Origin: an uncultured Gammaproteobacteria bacterium
GTDB lineage: Bacteria; Patescibacteriota; Patescibacteriia; CAYYDP01
NCBI GenBank assembly: GCA_964470645.1
Contig: CAYYDP010000033.1
Span: forward strand, 1-13,840
Direction of reading: 5' to 3'
Length of the DNA: 13,840 nucleotides
The first letter of the stretch is position 1; every line of letters begins with the position of its first letter. A program made the translations under genes and the position numbers. Shown one piece after another: positions 6,727 through 13,698 of this stretch. The notes beneath the pieces are model-generated. The model worked only from the letters and a program-made list of their open reading frames with translations, did no database searches and had not been told where the DNA came from.

Positions 6727-6799
6727 GAGTCTAACCGGCGCAAAACCCAAATCGTTGGGCTGTTTGCTGCCCAAATTGCCGGTTGGAGGTTATCAACAG
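6727..6799 (+). repeat. Structured direct repeat R2: a longer-loop variant of R1 with the same 3' 27-mer
   Basis: gagtctaaccggc...(inner cccaaatcgttggg)...aaattgccggttggaggttatcaacag. The stem ucuaaccggc/gccgguugga has one G-U wobble. The GGAGG lies 12 nt before ATG 6802. Confidence 0.6.
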
Positions 6800-6801
6800 A
6801 G

Positions 6802-7560
6802 ATGGTAAGATTATTTCAGAAACTGCCTATGTCGGATGACCAAACCACACAAGAGCAAACGAACAGCGTTGAGCAAGCATCGATATCACCCATTGCGGAT
6901 CCAACCACTCCGCAGGTCCCACCTCCAGTGGACGAATCGAACTCAACAATCGAGCCCCAATCTCAAACACAAGAACCGGCAGCTCCGACTGTTGAACCAA
7001 GCGAGCCGAAAGAAGAAGCGCTAGCAACGCCGCCAATCGAACAAGCACCTGCTCCGGAACAAGGAAGGGCGCAAGATGTTGCGCCCCTACAGACTGAACC
7101 CAACGTCATTATCAAAGAAGTGATTCGTGAAGTTCCGGTTGAAACAATCGTTGAGCGAATCGTAGAAAAACCCGTCGAAGTCGTTAAAGAAATCGTAAAA
7201 GAGGTCCCCGTGGATCGGGTCGTAGAAAGAATTGTTGAAAAACCGGTCGAGAAAATTATTGAAAAAGAAGTGGTTCGCGAAGTGCCAGTGTTCGATCACA
7301 GACAACACGCGGAAGAAGTAAAAAAGAAAGCGAGGATGTTGGTCGTTCCCGCAACTGCGCAACGACAGGCAAAACGCGACGTGAAGCTTGCAAAAGTTCT
7401 GGAGGAAGCGAAACGCAAAGGTAGAATTGGGAATAATGACGTGCAAATCCTCGTTGCGGTATCCGATCGCACGGCGCGAAATTACTTGGCAGAGCTTGTG
7501 AAACAAGGAAAGCTCAAAACTGTTCACCGCGGCCGCTGGGCGCATTATGTTCCTGTTTGA
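6802..7560 (+). CDS. Protein of unknown function: acidic Pro/Gln/Glu-rich N-terminus, tandem 11-residue VE(R/K)IVEKPVE-type repeats, C-terminal winged-helix HTH
   Basis: The C-terminal NNDVQILVAVSDRTARNYLAELVKQGKLKTVHRGRWAHYVPV fits the wHTH pattern (..S.RTA.RdL.eLv..G.l...G.gR...Y). The ORF is open from 6679, but 6679-6801 overlap the terminator and R2, so the ATG at 6802 preceded by GGAGG is the more likely start. An alternative ATG lies at 6829. Confidence 0.55.
   Translation: MVRLFQKLPMSDDQTTQEQTNSVEQASISPIADPTTPQVPPPVDESNSTIEPQSQTQEPAAPTVEPSEPKEEALATPPIEQAPAPEQGRAQDVAPLQTEPNVIIKEVIREVPVETIVERIVEKPVEVVKEIVKEVPVDRVVERIVEKPVEKIIEKEVVREVPVFDHRQHAEEVKKKARMLVVPATAQRQAKRDVKLAKVLEEAKRKGRIGNNDVQILVAVSDRTARNYLAELVKQGKLKTVHRGRWAHYVPV
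7111..7293 (+). repeat. In-frame tandem coding repeats of about 33 nt encoding EVPVETIVERIVEKPVEVVKEIVKEVPVDRVVERIVEKPVEKIIEKEVVREVPV
   Basis: The periodicity is visible in both DNA and protein. The spurious reverse-strand ORF 7087..7545 is an artefact of this low-complexity region. Confidence 0.6.
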
Positions 7561-7577
7561 AAAGCCCCTTCAAAAAT

Positions 7578-7904
7578 TTACACCTTCATCTCAATCCCGT
7601 GCTTCTTGATTTCCAACGTGAGCGAGGTATCATCTTTGAAATCTTTCGGATTAAAACCAAGGGGTTCGACCCTGGGCTCGGTATCCACCGTACGTTTGAG
7701 CCAGAGATATTGAAGCGCTGAAAACGCGTCTTTAAACTTTGGTGAGATAATGCAAACGTCCACGTCGCTCAACCGATTTTGCTTTCCTTTTGCGTAGGAA
7801 CCAAAAAGAATGACCCTTTGAATTGGCAATCTATCAGCTTTAAGCACGCTCACATACTCACGAATCGCGGTTTTCACTTTTTTGGGAATTGTTCTTCGAG
7901 CCAT
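7578..7904 (-). CDS. Minimal nucleotidyltransferase (MNT, Pol-beta superfamily), the HEPN-partner (MntA-like) protein
   Basis: Hallmark motif ILFGSYAKGKQNRLSDVDVCII (GS...G......SD.D). 108 aa. Its start overlaps the HEPN ORF by 31 nt. Confidence 0.85.
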   Translation of the reverse strand: MARRTIPKKVKTAIREYVSVLKADRLPIQRVILFGSYAKGKQNRLSDVDVCIISPKFKDAFSALQYLWLKRTVDTEPRVEPLGFNPKDFKDDTSLTLEIKKHGIEMKV

Positions 7905-8276
7905 AGACGTAATTGTTCAGAAATACGCAGATACTTTTTTGTATACGAAGGTGTACACAGTTTATAGAACTGATACTTTGTATCTCCATATCGACCTGCG
8001 ATATTAAAGGTCGTGATGAGGCGCAACTCCTCTTCCTGACTCTTCGTTGGCTTCAGTCCCGCTTGCTTTGCCAAATACGAAAGATCATGAATGTATGAAG
8101 CCTGGTTTACGAGTCTTAATCATGAACAACGTCTTGATCATCTTTTCAAGCGTTAAATGACAGAAAAAGAGACACGAGTCGTAATGCTTGAGCCTAAAAA
8201 GACTTTGAGCCGTTTTCCAGTTCCGTTCAGCTGATTCTTTCCAGTAATCGATTTGTTTTTGAATCGAGATAGACAT
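7874..8276 (-). pseudogene. HEPN-domain (HepT-like) toxin gene split into two ORFs (8276..8085 and 8074..7874) by a +1 or +4 frameshift near 8084-8093
   Basis: The N-terminal half (AERNWKTAQSLFRLKHYDSCLFFCHLTLEKMIKTLFMIKTRKPGFIHS*) and the other frame (..SYIHDLSYLAKQAGLKPT...NIAGRYGDTKYQFY...) together reconstruct the HEPN consensus ..QAaEKalKAll...g..p.tHDL..L. On the reverse strand the H codon (8093-8091) and D codon (8086-8084) are separated by the 4 nt tcat. Confidence 0.6.
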
Positions 8277-8416
8277 TGACCGTAATTATAGAGTAAAAAA
8301 ACCATGTCAATGAAATCAAAGCGGAAACGTGATATGATGATAATAATAGAGATCTCTCACGTTTGCCTGTTTAATTTGAAGATTGCTTCGTCGCATCCGA
8401 CCCCGGTAGTAGAAAC

Positions 8417-10564
8417 GTGCGTTTCACTACGGGGCAGACTTACCTCGCAATGACACTTTTAATTATGCTATCTCCATCATCGCCTGTCACATCCCTCTCT
8501 ACCATCGCGAAGAAACTTGAAAAAGTCTTGAGCAAGATTGAGGTGAAAACCGTTGAAGATCTGCTTCATCACTATCCTTCACGATATGTGGATCTTTCGA
8601 ATATCACACCCATCAATAAACTCGTTCCGGGTGTATTGACCACCATCAAAGGCGAGGTTATTTCCATTGAAGATATTCGATCGCAATGGAAACGGATGTT
8701 CATCACGAAAGCCATTGTAAAAGACGAAACGGGGGTATTGGAGTGCGTTTGGTTTCATCAACGGTTTTTAACAAAAGTAATCAAACCGGGCGACATGCTA
8801 TTACTCTCGGGCAAGCCAGAACTTTCAAAAACCGGTTTACAAATTACACACCCTGAATACGAAAAGATATCAGAAGACAAAACGCCCATCCACGGAGCGC
8901 GGATTGTTCCGATCTATCCTCTCACGGAACGGCTTACGCAAAAACAACTTCGTTTCTTGATCAAGATTGCTTTGGGAAAAACTTCCATTCCCGAATGGCT
9001 GCCATCGAGTATATTGAAAGCCTATAACCTCATTCCTCTAAAAACCGCGCTCAATGCGATTCATTTTCCAACAAATCAGAAGATCTTATCTGCAGCAGAG
9101 CACCGACTCAAGTTTGATGAATTATTCTCGTTGCAACTCCGAAACTCTCTCGCGAGAAAAGAGCTCGCCCAACTTCAAGCCCCATCAATCGGGTTTCACG
9201 AACAAGAAACGAAGACATTTGTTGACTCTCTACCGTTTGAACTCACCAAGACTCAAAAACAATCAGCGTGGGAGATTATCAAAGATATTCAAAAACCTCA
9301 TCCAATGAATCGACTGCTCCATGGTGATGTTGGAAGCGGAAAAACGGTTGTCTCAAGCATTCCCGTGTTCAATGCCATGCTTTCAGGATTTCAGGTTGCC
9401 TATATGGCTCCAACGGAAATTCTCGCAGAGCAGCAGTTTAAGACATTTTGTCGGTTGTTTGAGAAGCATGGGTTCACGATTGGATTGATCACATCGTCAG
9501 GAGTATCGAGATTCCAAGAATCAAGTATTAAGTATAAAGAATCAAGGAACGAATTTCTCAATGCGATACAAAAAGGAGAAATCAATCTCATCATTGGCAC
9601 TCACTCGCTTATTCAAAAAGACGTTGAATTTAAAAATCTCGGTTTGGTTGTGGTTGACGAACAACATCGTTTTGGCGTCAGACAAAGACAGGCTCTACTA
9701 AGACCTTCACACCTTCACACCTTCACACCTTCACACACGATTCCCCATTTTCTTTCCATGACCGCAACCCCCATCCCTCGTACACTCGCGCTTACGGTGT
9801 ATGGCGATTTGGATATTTCAGCAATCACAGAAATGCCGCGGAGCCGCAAGTCAATCATCACCAAATTCATTCCTCGCGAAAAACGAAACGAACTCTATGC
9901 TCACGTCGCAGAAGAACTCTCAAAAGGACGACAAGTATTCATTGTATGTCCACTCATTGATCCCTCTGATATACTCGGTGTAAAGTCAGCAACCGAAGAG
10001 GTCAACAAAATCAAAACAACCTTTTCAGACTTCAACATCGCGATTCTCCACGGAAAACAAAAAGCTGAAGCGAAAAATAAGATCATGAAAGAGTTCCAGG
10101 AGCGCAAACATCATATCCTTGTCTCAACACCAGTCGTGGAAGTGGGGATCGACATCCCGAATGCCTCCATCATGATTATTGAAAGCGCGGAGCGGTTCGG
10201 ACTTGCCCAACTCCATCAACTTCGCGGCCGCGTTGGCAGAGGAGAACACCAATCGTACTGTTACCTGCTTTCCGATTCAGAGTCTGACGCAACAAAACAA
10301 CGTCTTAGCGCCGTGATTGGTTCAACCTCTGGACTGGCACTCGCTGAAAAAGACCTGGAGCTCAGAGGCCCGGGAGACGCGTACGGAACCAAACAATCAG
10401 GGTATGAAGACACGCTCTATATCGCCCGACTTACGGATTTCCCCATTATCAAAGAAGCACGACATGCCGCGGAACAGCTTGTGACAGAAGACCCAATGTT
10501 ATCAAAATGGAGCGCAGTCAAACTCAGGGTAGAAGAAATGGAGCGGAAGATTCACCTGGAATAG
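8417..10564 (+). CDS. recG: ATP-dependent DNA helicase RecG
   Basis: Wedge domain at the N-terminus. Helicase motifs GDVGSGKT, VVDEQHRFGV, MTATPIPRTL and QLHQLRGRVGRG. TRG-type C-terminus. The frame opens at GTG 8417, but the more likely starts are ATG 8450 or 8465 (MTLLIMLSPSSPVTSLSTIAKKLEKV...). Confidence 0.9.
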   Translation: MRFTTGQTYLAMTLLIMLSPSSPVTSLSTIAKKLEKVLSKIEVKTVEDLLHHYPSRYVDLSNITPINKLVPGVLTTIKGEVISIEDIRSQWKRMFITKAIVKDETGVLECVWFHQRFLTKVIKPGDMLLLSGKPELSKTGLQITHPEYEKISEDKTPIHGARIVPIYPLTERLTQKQLRFLIKIALGKTSIPEWLPSSILKAYNLIPLKTALNAIHFPTNQKILSAAEHRLKFDELFSLQLRNSLARKELAQLQAPSIGFHEQETKTFVDSLPFELTKTQKQSAWEIIKDIQKPHPMNRLLHGDVGSGKTVVSSIPVFNAMLSGFQVAYMAPTEILAEQQFKTFCRLFEKHGFTIGLITSSGVSRFQESSIKYKESRNEFLNAIQKGEINLIIGTHSLIQKDVEFKNLGLVVVDEQHRFGVRQRQALLRPSHLHTFTPSHTIPHFLSMTATPIPRTLALTVYGDLDISAITEMPRSRKSIITKFIPREKRNELYAHVAEELSKGRQVFIVCPLIDPSDILGVKSATEEVNKIKTTFSDFNIAILHGKQKAEAKNKIMKEFQERKHHILVSTPVVEVGIDIPNASIMIIESAERFGLAQLHQLRGRVGRGEHQSYCYLLSDSESDATKQRLSAVIGSTSGLALAEKDLELRGPGDAYGTKQSGYEDTLYIARLTDFPIIKEARHAAEQLVTEDPMLSKWSAVKLRVEEMERKIHLE
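9704..9735 (+). repeat. Tandem octamer (ccttcaca)x4 inside recG, encoding PSHLHTFTPSHT between helicase motifs II and III
   Basis: Four contiguous perfect copies read directly from the sequence. Confidence 0.7.
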
Positions 10565-10609
10565 AATCTGAATCATGTATGAGATATTAGGTATTATGGG
10601 TTATGCACT

Positions 10610-10630
10610 GGCGAGCACCGCTCGCCTTTT
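10610..10630 (+). terminator. Rho-independent terminator after recG
   Basis: ggcgagc-acc-gctcgcc followed by ttttgcc, 46 nt after the recG stop. Confidence 0.6.
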
Positions 10631-10685
10631 GCCTGATACATAATACCGAATACGTGATACGAAATGACTGTTCCACACTCTAAAC

Positions 10686-11405
10686 TCACCGACTAAGAAC
10701 ATCTTTAACCAACGCTTCGAGTTGTTCCCGTGTCGGTAACCCCGCAATCGGTCTGTCATTCACGAACAAATATGGCACTCCGCTAAGTTCCGCGCGAATC
10801 CCTTGATTGATTGAGTCCCGAACAGCCGCTTCATAGCGATTTTCTTCAACACACTGTTGAAACCTCGGAAGATCGAGATCAAGACGTTTCGCAACGTCAA
10901 TCGACTCGCCGCCTTTCAATAATTCACTATCCGGGATCTGAGTCTCAATTGCGGACTGAAATGCTGCGTTTGCAAACTCCCAAAACTTCCCCTGTTCCTC
11001 AGCGCAACGAGCCGCAAACGCAAGTGCGCGAGCGCGTTCGTGTTGAGGCAGGGGAAAATCCTTCCAAACAACACGCATGTCATCTGCGTATGCCTTCTGT
11101 ACTTCCATTACGACATTATGTGCCTCGCGACAAAATGGGCACTCAAAATCCGAAAACTGGATGAGAGTAACACGAGCATCCGGGGAGCCAATCATGGGAT
11201 CGCTGGCTAATACCTCGGGAACTTGAAAGACATCGCCCGAAGTGATGAACGGATCGGCTACAGACGTTGCGGGATCAAGCAAGGGCTGTTCCTGGTTGGC
11301 TACTTCAGAAGACGGCGCAAAACTCCTCAACATCCACAACAAAACAAAAAACGCAAACAACACCAGAAACGAAAAGCTCATAATGTAGCTGCGGTCAGGG
11401 GACAT
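10686..11405 (-). CDS. DsbA-like thiol:disulfide oxidoreductase (thioredoxin fold) with an N-terminal membrane anchor
   Basis: CPFC active-site motif (FSDFECPFCREAH) and a hydrophobic N-terminal segment (FSFLVLFAFFVLLWML). Confidence 0.8.
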   Translation of the reverse strand: MSPDRSYIMSFSFLVLFAFFVLLWMLRSFAPSSEVANQEQPLLDPATSVADPFITSGDVFQVPEVLASDPMIGSPDARVTLIQFSDFECPFCREAHNVVMEVQKAYADDMRVVWKDFPLPQHERARALAFAARCAEEQGKFWEFANAAFQSAIETQIPDSELLKGGESIDVAKRLDLDLPRFQQCVEENRYEAAVRDSINQGIRAELSGVPYLFVNDRPIAGLPTREQLEALVKDVLSR

Positions 11406-11590
11406 ACCTCAATGTAAATCCGAAATTCGAGTATCGAAATTCGAAACAATAACAACATGAATCAAAATTCAAAAGTCAAACATCAAAATGATAAATGCTA
11501 ATTCAACATTTTATATTTTACATGTTCATTCTGATTTTTGAGATTTGATTTTTGCATTCTTTTTAGAACTTCGTGTTTCGTGTTTCGAAT

Positions 11591-12862
11591 TTATCTCAAT
11601 TGGATCTTCATCACCTTCCCAACGCTTCCATCCACAAAATACAATTCGGATCCATCAGGAGAAAGCGATAGTTGTTCAACCGGGATCCTTCTCCCATCTT
11701 CCGTAACAGGCTCAGCAACAAGCTGGGTTGATCCGGTTTCCAGATTTACCTCATAGATACTCGCTTCCCGCGGGTTAAAAAGCTCAGGATACAATCCCGT
11801 CCCGGGAGGAAGACTGTCCTGAACGGAACAATACGCCTTTGTGCCGTCCGGGTTCATAGCGCACGAATCAATCGAGGTGGATAGCCCCAATGGGGTATTG
11901 TTGAGACCAATCGAGTCCCCTCGAGCATCAACAATCCACAACGTCGGGTTGTAATTATTTTCCGGCGTGCTCACGCTATACAACAGCCTCTGTCCATCGG
12001 GCGTCCACTCGCCCTTAAACCCAATACCCTGCACTACCATCGATTTGAAATTTTCATCTTGTTGTCCGATAAAAATAATCTCTTCTGATGAAACGCCTGC
12101 CGATTTCCTGTACAACCCCACCACGCTTCCATCCGGAGAATACGTAGGCTGAACGCGATCCGCTTGATCTCCAATCGGCTCAATGGCACGCGCCTCGGAA
12201 CCATCCGGAGTACCCATCACCAAGAAACTGCGCTCGGGATCTGGGGAAACAAAATTGAACACGACATTGTCCGAATCCCCTTGAAACACGAAATCTTGTC
12301 CTCCCCGCGGAAGACTGACGCGTTCATTCGTTACAAAATCAACCATTACACCCGTTCCATCAGGAAAACTCAAAAGAGCTCGATCTCCTGATTTGTCCCA
12401 AACGACCCGCTCTGCTGAAGGAAACCGGTCGCGAATAAGTTCAACCCGCTCACCGCCCGATGTCATCCGGTACAATACACCGGTATTAGGCTCGTAGTAC
12501 GAAAACCCAGAAGTTGAGTTTCCCGTGTATGACCTGACCGAATCTTTGGTTACCGGAGATACAAGTGTTTTACCACCATTTGCAACCGTATCAACCGGAA
12601 TCTCACCGGTATCCCCGCCAAAAACACCGTTCACATTGGGCAAGAACCCCCTACCTCCACCCGTCTGTCGGTTCGCGTTAAACCCAGCACCGGTTCCAGG
12701 AAGACCGCCAATAGCCCCTGGGGTGTTCATGTTTTCGTTCATCTGGGGCTGAATCTCCACTGCGGGTTTCAAAAAATACACAACCACCAGCGCCATTGCG
12801 CCGAGAAAAAATAGGATCAAAACGATAAAAATGATTCGATTTTTGGTGAAGAGCATAGTCAA
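11591..12862 (-). CDS. Membrane-anchored PD40/TolB-like beta-propeller protein
   Basis: N-terminal TM helix, a Gly-rich linker, then repeated SPDG/PDG blades (YSPDGSVVGLY, WTPDGQRLLYS, MNPDGTKAYCS, LSPDGSELYFV). The ORF begins at TTG 12862. The ATG at 12856 (MLFTKNRIIF...) is the more likely start. Confidence 0.7.
   Translation of the reverse strand: MTMLFTKNRIIFIVLILFFLGAMALVVVYFLKPAVEIQPQMNENMNTPGAIGGLPGTGAGFNANRQTGGGRGFLPNVNGVFGGDTGEIPVDTVANGGKTLVSPVTKDSVRSYTGNSTSGFSYYEPNTGVLYRMTSGGERVELIRDRFPSAERVVWDKSGDRALLSFPDGTGVMVDFVTNERVSLPRGGQDFVFQGDSDNVVFNFVSPDPERSFLVMGTPDGSEARAIEPIGDQADRVQPTYSPDGSVVGLYRKSAGVSSEEIIFIGQQDENFKSMVVQGIGFKGEWTPDGQRLLYSVSTPENNYNPTLWIVDARGDSIGLNNTPLGLSTSIDSCAMNPDGTKAYCSVQDSLPPGTGLYPELFNPREASIYEVNLETGSTQLVAEPVTEDGRRIPVEQLSLSPDGSELYFVDGSVGKVMKIQLR
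12831..12858. repeat. 28-bp direct repeat DR-a (atgattcgatttttggtgaagagcatag), which encodes the TolB-like N-terminus on the reverse strand and abuts the RelE stop
   Basis: It matches 13457-13484 at 26/28 positions. A third, partial copy at 13729-13748 matches 18/20. Confidence 0.6.
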
Positions 12863-13113
12863 CGATATACACGATGATCGCCAATATCAACAAACTCGGC
12901 TGTTCCTGATACGAATGTAAACAACACCCGATGACTGTGTGTGACAGAGAACGACCAAAATCCAGAGAGCCTTCCGCCCAGTTTGTGCGTCGAGAGTTTT
13001 GGATCAAACGGATCAAGCCTAAAGAGATTCATACGTTCTTCAAACTCTTGTTGGATTTCGATCGGGAGCTTACCCAACGACCGAATGAAGCGACTAGAAT
13101 ACGCAATCTCCAT
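12859..13113 (-). CDS. Type II toxin of the RelE/ParE superfamily
   Basis: 84 aa with ...HKLGGRLSGFWSFSVTHSHRVLFTFVS..AEFVDIGDHRVY, the ParE/RelE C-terminal signature (kL.G.l.g.we.r....yRi.Y......i.il.igHR..vY). Its stop overlaps the start region of the TolB-like gene. Confidence 0.8.
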   Translation of the reverse strand: MEIAYSSRFIRSLGKLPIEIQQEFEERMNLFRLDPFDPKLSTHKLGGRLSGFWSFSVTHSHRVLFTFVSGTAEFVDIGDHRVYR

Positions 13114-13116
13114 ACA

Positions 13117-13413
13117 TTACTCACTTTTTGCATTGACTACTTGATCAAGTTGTTTTGCCTCATCACGAAGTTCTAAAAATCCCTTGTTGCCCAACGTTCG
13201 AAGCAACCCCGCATCTCGCTCACGCTCAAACTCAGCGACAGCTTCCAACGCCCGTTCTTCCGCATCCGACTCATACGTCACGGTATGAACTGGACGAACA
13301 ACAAGTGTATCACCAAACATAATGGCGACGACGTCATCGGATCGAAACGCTTCCGCCCACTCGCGGGGGAGCGTCAATGTTCGCTCTTTGATGGTGAGAG
13401 GAAGATAGGTCAT
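13117..13413 (-). CDS. Antitoxin with an N-terminal AbrB/MazE-type (SpoVT-AbrB swapped-hairpin) domain
   Basis: LTLPREWAEAFRSDDVVAIMFGDTLVVRPV matches the .tiPke.re.lgl.eGd.v.i...g..li..P. pattern. An acidic C-terminal tail follows. The stop lies 3 nt upstream of the RelE start. Confidence 0.7.
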   Translation of the reverse strand: MTYLPLTIKERTLTLPREWAEAFRSDDVVAIMFGDTLVVRPVHTVTYESDAEERALEAVAEFERERDAGLLRTLGNKGFLELRDEAKQLDQVVNAKSE

Positions 13414-13421
13414 ATATGGCG

Positions 13422-13450
13422 ACTATATCATGTTCATACCAATACGTCAA
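13422..13450 (-). promoter_or_regulatory. Sigma-70-type promoter TTGACG-17-TATAGT for the RelE/AbrB operon, implying a leaderless or near-leaderless antitoxin mRNA
   Basis: Reverse strand: -35 is the reverse complement of 13445-13450, and -10 is the reverse complement of 13422-13427. The antitoxin ATG (13413) lies 8 nt after the -10. Confidence 0.45.
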
Positions 13451-13456
13451 AAAAAT

Positions 13457-13484
13457 ATGATTCGGTTTTTGGTGAAGAGTATAG
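13457..13484. repeat. 28-bp direct repeat DR-b (atgattcggtttttggtgaagagtatag), a relic of the TolB-like 5' end with ATG changed to ATA
   Basis: See 12831-12858. It sits 6 nt upstream of the -35 of the RelE/AbrB operon promoter. Confidence 0.6.
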
Positions 13485-13548
13485 ATGAAACCAATTTCTA
13501 ATTCCTAATTTCTAAGTAATCTGTCATTGCGAGGCTTGGCGAAGCAAT

Positions 13549-13698
13549 CTTCCGTCCTTTTTCCTCCTCTTAAGGTAAGAGGAGGCTAGGAGGAGTTATG
13601 CCTTCAACGCACTCAATGTTACTTTATCGATCATTAACATTTGCCGTTCCACACTTCATAACCCCCCTTTCATCCCCTCTTATCTTAAGAGGGGAAAG
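13549..13698. mobile_element. Short palindromic MITE-like element, copy 2 (longer core), intergenic
   Basis: Left hairpin 13563-13585 (cctcctctta-agg-taagaggagg). Right hairpin 13673-13695 (tcccctctta-tct-taagagggga). The core shares gagttatgc and cataacccc with copy 1. The left flank cttccgtcctttttcct matches cttccctgactttct of copy 1. Confidence 0.5.

Noticed and set aside
6679-6801. The 5' extension of the repeat/HTH ORF (MFIHVYKSLIKMPNFRESNRRKTQIVGLFAAQIAGWRLSTE)
   Set aside because: This stretch is the translation of the Rho-independent terminator and the R2 hairpin repeat, and the same 27-mer also occurs non-coding at 5816-5842. The ATG at 6802 preceded by GGAGG is a much better start.
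7087-7545. 152-aa reverse-strand ORF
   Set aside because: It is antisense to the tandem-repeat region of the 6802-7560 gene, and its F/N/D-rich low-complexity translation is a mirror artefact of the repeat.
7655-7680. tRNA T-arm-like sequence ggggttcgaccctggg
   Set aside because: It lies inside the MNT coding sequence, where it codes for ..RVEPLGFNP.. on the reverse strand. No acceptor, D or anticodon stems can be built around it, so it is a chance resemblance.
7552-8374. Possible direct repeats (cctgttt) flanking the HEPN/MNT module, by analogy with the other two TA loci
   Set aside because: Only a 7-mer is shared, at 7552-7558 and 8368-8374. A match of that length is expected by chance in 14 kb, so it is no evidence for a third repeat-bounded cassette.
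8277-8416. Promoters for recG and for the divergent HEPN gene (for example tatgat or gataat -10-like hexamers near 8330-8345)
   Set aside because: No -35 element lies at an acceptable spacing, and the region is AT-rich enough that hexamer matches are uninformative.
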